A stretch of 64,000 bases of DNA from Phormidesmis sp. (GCA_965248535.1 CBDFJR010000005.1:864001-928000), one strand, 5' to 3'; counted from the stretch's first letter, positions 1-14,580 are shown. Notes: generated from the sequence alone by a model not told the origin. Numbers and translations are program-made.

Positions 1-2162
1 AGCATCTCCTGATATTTGGGCAAAGGCCACAGGTCATCGGCCACATCTCCCTCGATCGCATCCGCCTGTTCACGAACGTGATCCATCATTGGGCGGAGCG
101 TTTTAGCACAGTACTGCATGTGCTCCTCGATCGTGGCAAACTCATGCTTGGCGATCGCACTGTCCAACTTGCTCACGGCATCCATCATCCGCTTCGTCAA
201 ACCAGCGACCGTTTCGGCACTTTCCTGCTCAAACTCAATCCCGATTTGCTTCAGATTGGCAATGCTTGCAGAAAGCTCTGACAAGTAGCGGAACGCCGCA
301 GGATAAATCACCGTTTTCGCTAGACTGATCACGAGCTTGGCTTCCATCTCAATTACCTGGATGTATTGCTCTGCATACACATCAAAGCGGCTTTCGAGTT
401 CAGAAGCAGACAACACTCCCGTTTTTTCAAACAGTTCCTCAATATACTTCTCTTTCAAGACGGGCAACGCATCAGCGGTGGTGGGCAGGTTCAACAGCCC
501 GCGTTCCTCGACCGCCATTTTGTGCCACGCTTCAGAGTAACCATTGCCCCCAAAGACAACGGCGCTATGTTCCTCCATAACTTCTTTTAGCACGGTGAAT
601 GCCGCTGCCTCTAGCGCTGTCCCTTTGGCCAACTCTGCCTCTAGCTCGTCAGCGATCCAAGTGAGCGAATCGGTCAAAATCGTATTCATTGCCACCAGCG
701 GCCCTGACACCGATTGGTTAGACCCCACCGCCCGAAACTCAAAACGGTTGCCCGTAAAGGCAAAGGGTGACGTGCGATTGCGATCGCCCGGATCTTTGGG
801 AAACTCTGGCAGGGTCAAGACCCCTAAACTCATCACACCTGCGTGAGCAGAGCTTTTGACCTCTCCCTGCTTAATTTGGTCAAACACATCTTCAAGCTGG
901 CTGCCCAGATAGACTGAAATGATCGCGGGGGGGGCTTCATTGGCACCGAGTCGATGGTCATTGCTTGCAGTCGCTACAACGGCGCGCAGCAAGGGGCCAT
1001 ATTTGTGAACTCCTCGAATCACCGCTCCGCAAAATAGCAAAAATTGCAGATTAGTGTGGGGGGTGTCACCGGGATCAAGCAGATTGCCCTGAGTCGCATT
1101 GCCCACCGACCAATTGACGTGCTTCCCAGACCCGTTAATGCCTGCAAAAGGCTTTTCGTGCAGCAGACAGATAAAGCCGTGTTTTTTGGCCGTGTTTCTG
1201 AGAATGGTCATCGTCATCTGCTGGTGGTCGCTGGCCACGTTCGCCGCTTCAAAAAATGGAGCTAGCTCAAATTGACCGGGGGCCACTTCGTTATGTCGGG
1301 TTTTTGCCGGAATGCCCAGTCGATACATCCGCTCTTCGACATCTTGCATGAAGACTTGAACCCGCTCTGGAATTGCGCCAAAGTAGTGATCGTCAAACTG
1401 CTGCCCTTTAGCGGCAGGTCGCCCAAACAACGTTCTGCCTGTCAACAAGATATCTGGGCGGCTGTGGGCAAAATGAGCATCTACTAAGAAATATTCTTGC
1501 TCTGCCCCACAGCTAGAGTTGACGGTTGCCACGTCTGAGTGCCCCAACAGTTTCAGCAATCGGGTTGCCGCTTTGCTCATCGCCGCATTGGAGCGAAGCA
1601 AGGGCGTTTTCTTGTCTAGGGCTTCCCCTGTCCACGAAATGAACACGGTGGGAATGCACAACGTCACCCCATTATCGGTTTCCATCACGTAGGCGGGGCT
1701 GGTGACATCCCAAGCGGTGTAGCCACGAGCTTCAAACGTAGAGCGAATGCCGCCATTAGGGAAAGATGAGCCATCGGGTTCGCCTTGCACTAGCACTTTG
1801 CCAGCAAACTCAGTGATGGCCGAGCCGTCGCTTTGCACTGAGATGAAGCCATCGTGCTTTTCAGCGGTGATGTTGGTCATCGGATAGAAAACGTGAGCGT
1901 AATAGAGTGCGCCTTTGGAAATCGCCCAGTCTTTCATGGCTGCGGCGACGATTCCGGCGACAGACACATCTAGCTTTCCGCCTGTCTGAAGGGTGCTCTT
2001 GATTGACTTAAACACGTCTTTGGGCAGACATGCCTGCATCTTGTTGAGGGTGAACACATCAGTTGCCCAGAGTTCTTCTAAGCGACTGGGCGTTTTGGGG
2101 GGAAGCTTTTCGCGATCGGTGACTTGGCAAATTGCCTGAAAGCGAAGTTCATTACCACTCAT
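1..2162 (-). CDS. glnN: Glutamine synthetase type III (3' end runs off the window)
   Basis: Manual translation from ATG 2162: MSGNELRFQAICQVTDREKLPPKTPSRLEELWATDVFTL..., EKHDGF, GEPDGSSFPNGG, RLGANEAPPA, DRNRTSPFAFTGNRFEFR, ending DDLWPLPKYQEML at the window edge. Absent from the ORF track because there is no stop in the window. Confidence 0.93.
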   Translation of the reverse strand, partial: MSGNELRFQAICQVTDREKLPPKTPSRLEELWATDVFTLNKMQACLPKDVFKSIKSTLQTGGKLDVSVAGIVAAAMKDWAISKGALYYAHVFYPMTNITAEKHDGFISVQSDGSAITEFAGKVLVQGEPDGSSFPNGGIRSTFEARGYTAWDVTSPAYVMETDNGVTLCIPTVFISWTGEALDKKTPLLRSNAAMSKAATRLLKLLGHSDVATVNSSCGAEQEYFLVDAHFAHSRPDILLTGRTLFGRPAAKGQQFDDHYFGAIPERVQVFMQDVEERMYRLGIPAKTRHNEVAPGQFELAPFFEAANVASDHQQMTMTILRNTAKKHGFICLLHEKPFAGINGSGKHVNWSVGNATQGNLLDPGDTPHTNLQFLLFCGAVIRGVHKYGPLLRAVVATASNDHRLGANEAPPAIISVYLGSQLEDVFDQIKQGEVKSSAHAGVMSLGVLTLPEFPKDPGDRNRTSPFAFTGNRFEFRAVGSNQSVSGPLVAMNTILTDSLTWIADELEAELAKGTALEAAAFTVLKEVMEEHSAVVFGGNGYSEAWHKMAVEERGLLNLPTTADALPVLKEKYIEELFEKTGVLSASELESRFDVYAEQYIQVIEMEAKLVISLAKTVIYPAAFRYLSELSASIANLKQIGIEFEQESAETVAGLTKRMMDAVSKLDSAIAKHEFATIEEHMQYCAKTLRPMMDHVREQADAIEGDVADDLWPLPKYQEM

Positions 2163-2232
2163 AGTTGTCGTTCCTTTAGAAATAAAATCAAAAACAGGGG
2201 GATGACCAGAACGGTTTCTCGACCGCTTGCTA

Positions 2233-3171
2233 TCAGTAAACGTGGGGGACGAAGAACTGCTCGTTGCGCGGCGGCCTCACATAGTCATGAGCAGACTTTC
2301 GCGGCGGCAGTTCGAGTGGGTCTGGGGTCATATCCACATAGGGAATTTTGCTGATAAAGTGACTGATGCAGTTGAGGCGGGCGCGTTTTTTGTCGTCGGC
2401 TTCAACCGTAAACCAGGGTGCTTCAGGAATGTTGGTGCGAGCAAACATGGTGTCTTTGGCTTGGGAATATTCTACCCAGCGATCGCGAGACTCCAAATCC
2501 ATCGGGCTGAGTTTCCATCGGCGGGCGGGATCGATCGTGCGAGATTGAAACCGCCGCTCTTGCTCGTCATCACTCACTGAGAACCAATACTTCAGCAAAA
2601 TGATCCCAGACCTAACCAACATTCGCTCAAATTCGGGACAGGTTTGCAGGAATTCTAGATACTGTTCGTCGGTGCAAAACCCCATGACATGCTCGACTCC
2701 GGCGCGGTTATACCAACTGCGATCGAAGCAGACAATTTCGCCTGCTGCGGGCAGATGGGGCACATAGCGCTGGAAGTACCACTCGGTTTTTTCACGATCG
2801 CTGGGGGTTCCCAAAGCGACAACTCGACAGCCTCGCGGGTTGAGCGGCTCGGTGATGCGCTTAATCGTGCCACCCTTTCCTGCGGCATCGCGCCCTTCAA
2901 ACAAAATGACAATTCGGGTGCCTGTATGTTTTGCCCAGTACTGCACCTTCACCAGTTCTACTTGCAGTCGGGCGAGTTCTTTCTCGTATTCTTTGTTGGA
3001 GAACTTTGACTTGCTTTCCTGCTTAGAGGCGGGTAGGTAAGTCTCTTGCGATGGGCTATTGTCAGACTTGTGGCGCTTGTGATGCTTCTTCTTTTTTTTC
3101 TTTGCGGTCAAACTAGCTAATGATGGAGTGAGAAGCGCTGCAATGGGGTTTGCAGAATGCTCACCATTCAT
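2233..3171 (-). CDS. ppk2: Polyphosphate kinase 2
   Basis: FEGRDAAGKGG P-loop, FDRSWYNRAGVE, RRWKLSPMD motifs; start taken at ATG 3171 (the ORF extends to 3237). Confidence 0.92.
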   Translation of the reverse strand: MNGEHSANPIAALLTPSLASLTAKKKKKKHHKRHKSDNSPSQETYLPASKQESKSKFSNKEYEKELARLQVELVKVQYWAKHTGTRIVILFEGRDAAGKGGTIKRITEPLNPRGCRVVALGTPSDREKTEWYFQRYVPHLPAAGEIVCFDRSWYNRAGVEHVMGFCTDEQYLEFLQTCPEFERMLVRSGIILLKYWFSVSDDEQERRFQSRTIDPARRWKLSPMDLESRDRWVEYSQAKDTMFARTNIPEAPWFTVEADDKKRARLNCISHFISKIPYVDMTPDPLELPPRKSAHDYVRPPRNEQFFVPHVY

Positions 3172-3320
3172 AGGGTCGGATTCCACAGTGATTCTCCAAT
3201 GACTGAAATGACTACGAGACAGATAACAACAAACCAATCATATTAGAGAAACATCAGCTTTAAGAAAACCCGCTGGGTAGTGACAAGAGGCTGATGGAAG
3301 GCAGTCTGTTGTTCCGACTC

Positions 3321-3362
3321 ATCTTAAGAATAGAGAATCAAGATATTTGTATCAGACAGTAC
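3321..3362 (-). promoter_or_regulatory. Canonical NtcA-activated promoter for ppk2-glnN
   Basis: On the minus strand: GTA-N8-TAC (3362-3349), exactly 22 nt spacer, then TAAGAT (3326-3321), matching GTA-N8-TAC-N22-TAN3T. Confidence 0.8.
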
Positions 3363-3506
3363 AGTAGTCGATAAAAGCTAGAAAACTTGTCCAAAATGTC
3401 CTCAAGATAACTTAACAGAACTCTACTTAAAGTCGAATTGACACGTCTGTCAGCGCTATGTGGGATACCAGTTTCAGCAAAACTGTCTAGAACAGTGGAC
3501 AAAATT

Positions 3507-3522
3507 TGTATCTACAGATACA
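3507..3522. promoter_or_regulatory. NtcA binding site upstream of the APC permease
   Basis: TGTATCTACAGATACA, a palindromic GTA-N8-TAC; the hexamer 22 nt downstream is an imperfect -10 (GAAGAT). Confidence 0.7.
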
Positions 3523-3584
3523 GCCCAATGAATTTTAGTCATTGAAGATATTGTCTAAAATATCGAGAGATGTAGCTGTTAGAC

Positions 3585-5156
3585 ATGACTCAATCAAACA
3601 GTGAACTGAAACCTACGCTTGGGCTAGTAGGGATTACGATCAATGCGATGGCGTTGATTGCACCAGGCGCTTTTTTATGGACAACTTACCAACTACAAGC
3701 TCCTCCCGATTCTGCCAAAAATATGTGGGCAGCGATCGCCCTCGCTACTTGCATTGCTCTGCTGACAGCCAGTTGCTATGCTACGCTCTCTAAGGCTTAC
3801 CCTGAGGCAGGTGCAGGCAGTTCTTACTACTACGCTGAGGCAGCAATCTTAGCAAAAGAAGAGCACAAGCATTTTCGGTTAGCTCGTTTGGCAAAGTTTG
3901 TCACGGGTTGGGCCGCGCACCTCTACTACTGGGTTTACCCCGGCATCATGATTGGCTTCATGGGAACGCTAATCGTTTACATTGGGCAATTGTTCAATCC
4001 TGATTTTGCCTCAGATTGGTTTAGTAAAACCTTGATTTGCTTTGTTTTTGCTGGGCTAGTCGGCAGCATTGCAATGATTGGTGTAACGGGATCGACGCTG
4101 GTTAACATTATTATTAACGTTGTTCAAATCACTTCGCTAGTGTTTCTAGGGCTGTTGATGATTTTGTATCGATTGGGTCATCCTAGCGTTGTCTATGAAC
4201 ATACAAATGCGATCAGCGTTGTGATTCCTCACGATTTGCTGGGGTTGATTTATCAGGCTACGATCGCCATTCTTCTGGTGGTTGGGTTTGAATCTGCAAC
4301 GGCGATGGCAGGAGAGGCAGTCAACCCTCAGCGCGACATTCCGCGAGGTGTGATTCTGTCGCTGTTCATTCAGGCTTGTATCTGCTACTTTTTTGAGTAT
4401 TTCTCAGCCAACTTCTTCATCGGTGATCAATATACAGCGATCGTAGACGGCAAGACCGTGACCGGATTTGCCGCAGCCTTCGCGTCGGGTGCGCCGATCG
4501 GGGATATTGCAAAGATTTTGGGCGACACCCTATTGTTTGGCAACGGCTTTCTATTGCAAATTGTGATCGCTAGCACTGTCGTGATGGCCCTGATTGGAAC
4601 GGCCCTCTCGGCCCTGTCAACCGGAGTGCGGATTAGTTATGCAATGGGCAGCGATCGCGAGTTGCCAGCCGTGTTTGGATTCTTGCATGGTCGCTACAAC
4701 ACTCCTCACATTGGGATCTACTTTCTAACCGGACTGTCGGCTTTGATCGGGGCTTATGCAGTGCAGAGTGTCGATAATGTCACGATTGTCACGCTGGTCT
4801 CTAACATTGGCACGTTTATGCTCTATGGCATTACTTGCGGGGTAACGTTGATTGCAACGCTCAAGCACTTGCTAGACGAAGAGCATAATCCGTTCACCAC
4901 GATCGTCATTCCCATCTTGGGCTTGGGGGCAAATCTATTTATGGTTTGCGGCATCTTTTACTACGGACTCACAGGAGCAGGGAGCGCTAAGACTAATTCG
5001 ATCACCGCGATCGGAGTTTCGGTCGCCTTTTTTGTCGCCGGATTTGCTTATTTAATTGGCGACAGTTTGCTCAAAGGCAAACCTCTGTTTTTGCCGACTG
5101 ATTTGAGCCATCCTTTGCGCGATCGTGCTGTTGCCTCTAAAGTGACTAAACCATAA
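3585..5156 (+). CDS. APC-family amino acid/amine permease
   Basis: 523 aa, many hydrophobic segments, LKPTLG N-terminus, VGFESATAMAGEAVNPQRDIPR motif. Confidence 0.85.
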   Translation: MTQSNSELKPTLGLVGITINAMALIAPGAFLWTTYQLQAPPDSAKNMWAAIALATCIALLTASCYATLSKAYPEAGAGSSYYYAEAAILAKEEHKHFRLARLAKFVTGWAAHLYYWVYPGIMIGFMGTLIVYIGQLFNPDFASDWFSKTLICFVFAGLVGSIAMIGVTGSTLVNIIINVVQITSLVFLGLLMILYRLGHPSVVYEHTNAISVVIPHDLLGLIYQATIAILLVVGFESATAMAGEAVNPQRDIPRGVILSLFIQACICYFFEYFSANFFIGDQYTAIVDGKTVTGFAAAFASGAPIGDIAKILGDTLLFGNGFLLQIVIASTVVMALIGTALSALSTGVRISYAMGSDRELPAVFGFLHGRYNTPHIGIYFLTGLSALIGAYAVQSVDNVTIVTLVSNIGTFMLYGITCGVTLIATLKHLLDEEHNPFTTIVIPILGLGANLFMVCGIFYYGLTGAGSAKTNSITAIGVSVAFFVAGFAYLIGDSLLKGKPLFLPTDLSHPLRDRAVASKVTKP

Positions 5157-5215
5157 TTAGCGTTCAGCCCACTCTTGAAAGACTCTAGACTATCTACCCA
5201 TTGATACCAGTCATC

Positions 5216-5611
5216 ATGAATTTAATTCTTGCCATTATCCAGCCCAATAAACTGGATGCCGTGAAAGAAGCGTTGGTTCACCTTGGAATTCAGGGCATGA
5301 CCGTCACAGGCGCAAAGGGCTTTGGGCGGCAAAAAGGTCGCCCACTAGCGTTCCTCGGACTCATCAATATGGAAGGGAAGCCCTTCACCGTTGATTTTGT
5401 GCCCAAAGTTAGAATTGAAATGGTCGTAAACGATGACATTACCGATGCTGTCGTTGATACGATCGTCAAAGCTGCCCGAACAGACACCGTTGGGGATGGT
5501 AAGTTGTTCGTGATCCCGGTGAGCAGAGCAGTTCGCATTCGGACGGGCGAAGAAAACGAAGCCGCCTTGACGATCGAGGAACCCGCCACTGTTAACGAGA
5601 AATTTCCCTAG
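5216..5611 (+). CDS. PII-family signalling protein (atypical paralog)
   Basis: AIIQPNKLDAVKEAL, GMTV..KGFGRQKG, ARTDTVGDGKLFV, VRIRTGE; divergent T-loop. Confidence 0.88.
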   Translation: MNLILAIIQPNKLDAVKEALVHLGIQGMTVTGAKGFGRQKGRPLAFLGLINMEGKPFTVDFVPKVRIEMVVNDDITDAVVDTIVKAARTDTVGDGKLFVIPVSRAVRIRTGEENEAALTIEEPATVNEKFP

Positions 5612-5617
5612 GAACGA

Positions 5618-5941
5618 ATGGTTCAATCCCTCTTCTTTTTTGTGCTGGCCGGGCTGTGTGAGATCGGCGGGGGCTACTTGTTTTGGCTATGGCTGCGGGA
5701 GGGAAAAAGCGCTTGGCTAGCCCTGATTGGGGTGATTGTGCTAGCCATTTATGGAGTTTTGCCTACGCTGCAACCTGCTAGCTTTAGCCGGGCTTATGCA
5801 GCCTATGGCGGTGTTTTTATCGTCTTGTCGCTGCTGTGGGGCTGGGCCGTCGAGCGAACTGCACCTGACAAATATGATTGGTTGGGGGCATGGCTGGCGC
5901 TTCTGGGCGTTTTAGTCATCATGTATGCCCCTCGACGGTAG
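5618..5941 (+). CDS. YnfA/UPF0060 small membrane protein
   Basis: [28 protein letters not shown]; 107 aa, four TM segments. Confidence 0.85.
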   Translation: MVQSLFFFVLAGLCEIGGGYLFWLWLREGKSAWLALIGVIVLAIYGVLPTLQPASFSRAYAAYGGVFIVLSLLWGWAVERTAPDKYDWLGAWLALLGVLVIMYAPRR

Positions 5942-6090
5942 CTATCGAACGGTCAAAATTAGCGTTATCAGAGTTTTTGGGTTTACTGCGATCGTGGGTC
6001 AGCTACTCCTTACCTGCGATCGTTTTTTTGTCAGAACTTGCTGACATTTTTTGTGCTGCTCCTTTTTTTGTCTAGCAAATAGGTAAAATA

Positions 6091-6104
6091 GTAGTGAAAG
6101 ATAC
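6091..6104. promoter_or_regulatory. Candidate NtcA site
   Basis: GTAGTGAAAGATAC (GTA-N8-TAC) 30 nt upstream of the ATG at 6135, directly after a TAAAAT hexamer. Confidence 0.5.
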
Positions 6105-6134
6105 AGAAAAATCCTGAGTTTTGAAAGTTGACCC

Positions 6135-6653
6135 ATGCTAAATACCGTTCTGACCCAGCGCCGACAGGTAATCAAGACGTTTTCTAGTCGTGAAGCGGCG
6201 GGACAAGCGTTCGACCACCTCGTTTTTTCAGGTTTGTCGATCGCGCAGATTTTCCTATTGGGTCATGGATTGGACAAAACCTATCCCTATCCCAATCTCC
6301 CTGCCAACCCGCATGGCACAATCACAGGCACCGCAACAGGACTCAAGAAAGGACTTTTGATGGGCAATCTTGCCGGGGGTGCAACCGGGTTGTTGTTGGG
6401 CCTTGGGCTGATCGCCCTGCCGGGGGTGGGTTCACTGCTGCTATCTTCTGCGATCGCCTTTGTCTTAATCAGCGGTGGGATTGGCACAGCAGCGGGTGGC
6501 TTGACAGGTGCATTAATTGGCTTAGGACTCACCTCAGATCAAGCCAAAGCCTACAGTCAGCAGGTTTCTAGCGGCAGTGTTTTGCTGATGGTAGAAGGCA
6601 CCCAGCAGAATATTGATCGGGCTAAACTTTTGCTCAACTCCTTTATTCAGTGA
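6135..6653 (+). CDS. Gly-rich membrane protein (general stress protein/DUF1269-like)
   Basis: Glycine-zipper GGATGLLLGLG...IPG-like...GGLTGALIGLG, followed by AKAYSQQV..G.VL. Confidence 0.6.
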   Translation: MLNTVLTQRRQVIKTFSSREAAGQAFDHLVFSGLSIAQIFLLGHGLDKTYPYPNLPANPHGTITGTATGLKKGLLMGNLAGGATGLLLGLGLIALPGVGSLLLSSAIAFVLISGGIGTAAGGLTGALIGLGLTSDQAKAYSQQVSSGSVLLMVEGTQQNIDRAKLLLNSFIQ

Positions 6654-6657
6654 CGGT

Positions 6658-7242
6658 TTAGACTCTACCCAAGCGATCGAAGGGATAAAATCGCAGCCAG
6701 GCGCGGCCGATAATGTTGGCTTTTGGCAAAAACCCCCAAACGTGAGAATCATTGCTGTTGTTGCGGTTATCGCCCATGACAAAAAACATATCTTCAGGAA
6801 TCACCACTGCATTCATCAAATAGTCCGGCGACTCTGCAATATAAGGTTCTTGAAGAGGCTGATTATCGACGAAAACCTGACTGTTTTTAACGGCGACCGT
6901 TTGCCCAGGTTGCCCAATGATCCGCTTGATGAATGCTTGATCTCTCTTATATCCTTGTTGCTGTAACTGAGGGGGTGGATCAAACACCACAATGTCACCT
7001 AATTTAGGCGCATGAAGATGATAGGAAATCTTTTCAACAACTAAGCGATCGCCAACTTGCAACGTCGGCACCATCGAATCTGAGGGAATAAAGCGGGGTT
7101 CTGCCACATAAGCCCGAACGAGAAGCGCCAAAACCAGCGCCACAGCGAGAATCTGAAGGTTTTCCCACAGCGCATTTGATTTTGATGGGGGTTGGGCAGC
7201 GATCGCAGCAGTCTTGGGTTCCGTTGTGGGGTCAGAGGTCAT
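6658..7242 (-). CDS. lepB: Signal peptidase I
   Basis: IPSDSMVPTL (catalytic Ser), FIKRIIG (Lys), MGDNRNNSNDSH. Confidence 0.93.
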   Translation of the reverse strand: MTSDPTTEPKTAAIAAQPPSKSNALWENLQILAVALVLALLVRAYVAEPRFIPSDSMVPTLQVGDRLVVEKISYHLHAPKLGDIVVFDPPPQLQQQGYKRDQAFIKRIIGQPGQTVAVKNSQVFVDNQPLQEPYIAESPDYLMNAVVIPEDMFFVMGDNRNNSNDSHVWGFLPKANIIGRAWLRFYPFDRLGRV

Positions 7243-7498
7243 GAGTTGAGGTTAAGCGAACGCTTCCTAGTCTATCAAGACCACCGGACAACTGCGACTA
7301 TCAACCGCGAGGAGGTAGGCAACTGGTTAGAATCATGAATATGCCAATTTCTCAGATATCCCCGTATCCGACAAAGAGCCAAGCTAGAGAAGAACTAGAT
7401 AACCTGAAAAGTTCAAAGCTTAAATCCTTCAGAAGTCGGGAACGCTAAATCTAACGATTGATGATCTAACGCCCACCTCTAAAATTAACGGAGGCCCT

Positions 7499-8287
7499 AT
7501 GCCACTGACGCTCAAAATTTTGACTCAAACCGTTTTCAAGAGAAAACCGATTCAGTCATCAGAACTGCCTGAAGACCTTAAGCAGCCTGTTCAAACTGGC
7601 AGAGAGTTTGAGCTTGACTCGTTCGACGTTGAACGCGATCATGCGAGATGCTTCTTGTCTAAAGACACCTTCAAAGACACCAATGTTTGGTATGTCTTCG
7701 GCAAACATGCAGAGATTAGAAGAGAGGGCGATCGTGTCTTTCCCAAATCCATTCCTGCCACCATCAAGCTCGATATTCCTTATAAATCTCAGCGAGATAA
7801 TGAGCTAAACCCCAATGGGGCCTGCAATGTGACCTCCCTCGCCATGTGCTTTGAGTTTCTGGGCATTCAACACAAAACTAGTGTGGGTCAGTTTGAAGAC
7901 GAACTCTATGATTATGCAGAAACCAATGGGTTAAGTCGTCACGATCCTCACGATCTTGCGGTGATTGTTGAACGCTATGGGGCACGCGACGATTTTAGAG
8001 CCGATGCCACGATCGCTCAAGTCAAAGAATGGCTGTCAGATGGCAAACCTGCGGTCATTCACGGATATTTTACTGATTTCGGTCATGTGGTCGTGCTCGC
8101 GGGCTTTGACGAAAACGGTTTCATCGTCAACGATCCCTATGGCGAATGGTATTCGTGGGGCTACGATCGCAACGCCCTTGGTTTAGAAGACAACAAAGGA
8201 AAATTCGTCCACTATTCCTACAGCATGATCACTCAACTGTGCATCCCAGATGGCAACTTCTGGGTCCACTTTATCTCTAAGGCGTGA
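7499..8287 (+). CDS. C39-like cysteine peptidase with cyanobacterial N-terminal domain
   Basis: IPYKSQRDN...CNVTSLAM, GHVVVL.G, VNDPYG. Confidence 0.75.
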   Translation: MPLTLKILTQTVFKRKPIQSSELPEDLKQPVQTGREFELDSFDVERDHARCFLSKDTFKDTNVWYVFGKHAEIRREGDRVFPKSIPATIKLDIPYKSQRDNELNPNGACNVTSLAMCFEFLGIQHKTSVGQFEDELYDYAETNGLSRHDPHDLAVIVERYGARDDFRADATIAQVKEWLSDGKPAVIHGYFTDFGHVVVLAGFDENGFIVNDPYGEWYSWGYDRNALGLEDNKGKFVHYSYSMITQLCIPDGNFWVHFISKA

Positions 8288-9146
8288 CAAATCTCATGCT
8301 TAAGTCTAGCCACGGCGATCGGGTAACTGGAGCACTGCTGGAAATGTAGTCCACTCCAGTTTCGGCGATCGCCCGAATCGTCTCGATTGTCACATTCCCC
8401 GAAGCTTCGATCTTAATCCGCTCATTGCTTTGCCGAATTCTCTGCACCGCAACATGCATCAAATCAAGCGGCATATTATCCAACATAATAATGTCTGCCT
8501 GATGCTGCAACGCTTCTTCAACCTGATCTAAACCTTCTGTCTCAACCTCGATTGATAAAGGATAAGGAATGTGAGATCGGACTTGCGCGATCGCTGCTCC
8601 AATTCCTCCCGCCGCCGCGATGTGATTGTCTTTGATCATGACGGCATCGTCCAACCCCATACGATGATTGACGGCTCCTCCCAATTGAGTCGCATACTTT
8701 TCCAACAGTCGCAACCCCGGTGTTGTCTTTCGAGTATCGACCAGCCGAGCCGGAAGATCTTCAATTTTCTCTACATATTGGCGGGTCATGGTTGCAATGC
8801 CGCTTAATCGCATCGCCAAGTTGAGGGCCACCCGTTCTCCAGTCAGCAAAGCGCCAAACGGGCCGGAGATTTCGGCGATCGGCTGACCTTTCTGACAAGT
8901 GTCTCCTTCTTCCACCAGAGCTTTAAAGCTAACGGTTTGATCTAATAGGTAGAAGACTCTGGCAGCGATCGACAATCCTGCAATAACCCCCCCTTCTTTA
9001 GCACTCCACACTGCGTGATTCTGTCGGGTGCTAGAAAACAGGCTTTGAGTCGTGCGATCCCCCCGTCCAATATCTTCTATGAGCCAGTCTTGGAGAGAGC
9101 GATCAAGAATAATGAAAGCTGGTAACACAGCAGTTGAAGCGTTCAT
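8277..9146 (-). CDS. nadC: Quinolinate phosphoribosyltransferase
   Basis: DTRKTTPGLR, NHRMGLDD, IKDNH, IMLDNM, EASGN. Confidence 0.95.
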   Translation of the reverse strand: MNASTAVLPAFIILDRSLQDWLIEDIGRGDRTTQSLFSSTRQNHAVWSAKEGGVIAGLSIAARVFYLLDQTVSFKALVEEGDTCQKGQPIAEISGPFGALLTGERVALNLAMRLSGIATMTRQYVEKIEDLPARLVDTRKTTPGLRLLEKYATQLGGAVNHRMGLDDAVMIKDNHIAAAGGIGAAIAQVRSHIPYPLSIEVETEGLDQVEEALQHQADIIMLDNMPLDLMHVAVQRIRQSNERIKIEASGNVTIETIRAIAETGVDYISSSAPVTRSPWLDLSMRFVTP

Positions 9147-9399
9147 GGCAGTCCCGATGCTAACGCAGCCCTCTCAATAACCTATAAATTGTCTCTTAGA
9201 TTGTGACTGCCTAGATATATTAAGAGCGCTCATAGCACCACAGCTAAAAGGAGATTCTTGGTTGATTGCAGAGATTACTTTGTGACGATCGATCCAGTAC
9301 AAGCCTACGAACGGCGTTGATTTTTGAAGGCTCAACGCTCTTCAAACCCTGACCAGGTAATTGTTTTAGCCTTTCTTACTTATTTCCCCAATTTTCCCC

Positions 9400-9428
9400 T
9401 TGACAAGTTCAGTTGGGGTTGTTATATT
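9400..9428 (+). promoter_or_regulatory. rrn operon promoter
   Basis: TTGACA-17 nt-TATATT upstream of 16S. Confidence 0.75.
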
Positions 9429-9664
9429 AGTCAAGCGGGTGAGAGGAACGGATGCGAAAGCGGAGGTTCTTCCCGCGTAGAACCAAGACAATTGCATAGT
9501 TTAGAAGTCATAATAGCACTTAAACCTCGTCAAAGCAAATTGATTTAGGGTAGCTACTTCGGTAGTGCTTTAAGGGTTAAAGAGTCGAAGAGGTTTGCTG
9601 GTCAGTTAATTCTGACTAGATAGAATCTTATTTCGTGAGCTGAAACAAGCTCCGTGTATTAAAC

Positions 9665-11157
<1,493 letters not shown>

Positions 11158-11310
11158 TAGGGAGACCTACCCGTTTCGACTTGAAGATTCAAAGTCCAGT
11201 CAATTTCGATTGCTTGGAAGATTGAGTCATTAGAGAAGAGACTGGTCATCCCAAGGTCGTTCGAGGATTAAGTGTTGACTTCTAAGCTATGTGAGATTGG
11301 TTCGGGTTAT

Positions 11311-11384
<74 letters not shown>

Positions 11385-11397
11385 CCTTTTGAAACGA

Positions 11398-11470
11398 GGG
11401 GGTTTAGCTCAGTTGGTAGAGCGCCTGCTTTGCAAGCAGGATGTCAACGGTTCGAGTCCGTTAACCTCCA
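11398..11470 (+). tRNA. tRNA-Ala(TGC)
   Basis: GGGGGTTTAGCTCAG...TTTGCAA...GGTTCGAGTCC...CTCCA in the ITS. Confidence 0.97.
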
Positions 11471-11692
11471 CTGAAAGCTGAGAGCTTTCTCCTGTCGTAG
11501 TCCGAGCCAGATTCAATTTCAGCAACTCGTCTAAATAATTAGAGAGCCTGCTGGACTTGTTCCAGACAGAACCATGAAAACTGCATAGAAACTTGTCAGG
11601 TAGAAAGTAGTGAATAACTAGCGATGAGCTGAAAGGCGAGTTGTTGGTTGTTCCCACAAATATCACAGACACCAATGTTGATTGATTGAAGT

Positions 11693-14580
<2,888 letters not shown>

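Noticed and set aside
78..2580. Plus-strand short ORFs
   Set aside because: Antisense shadows of glnN and ppk2.
3200..3320. Glutamine or guanidine riboswitch in the ppk2-glnN leader
   Set aside because: A CATCAGC/GCTGATG stem exists, but I could not match the conserved riboswitch cores.
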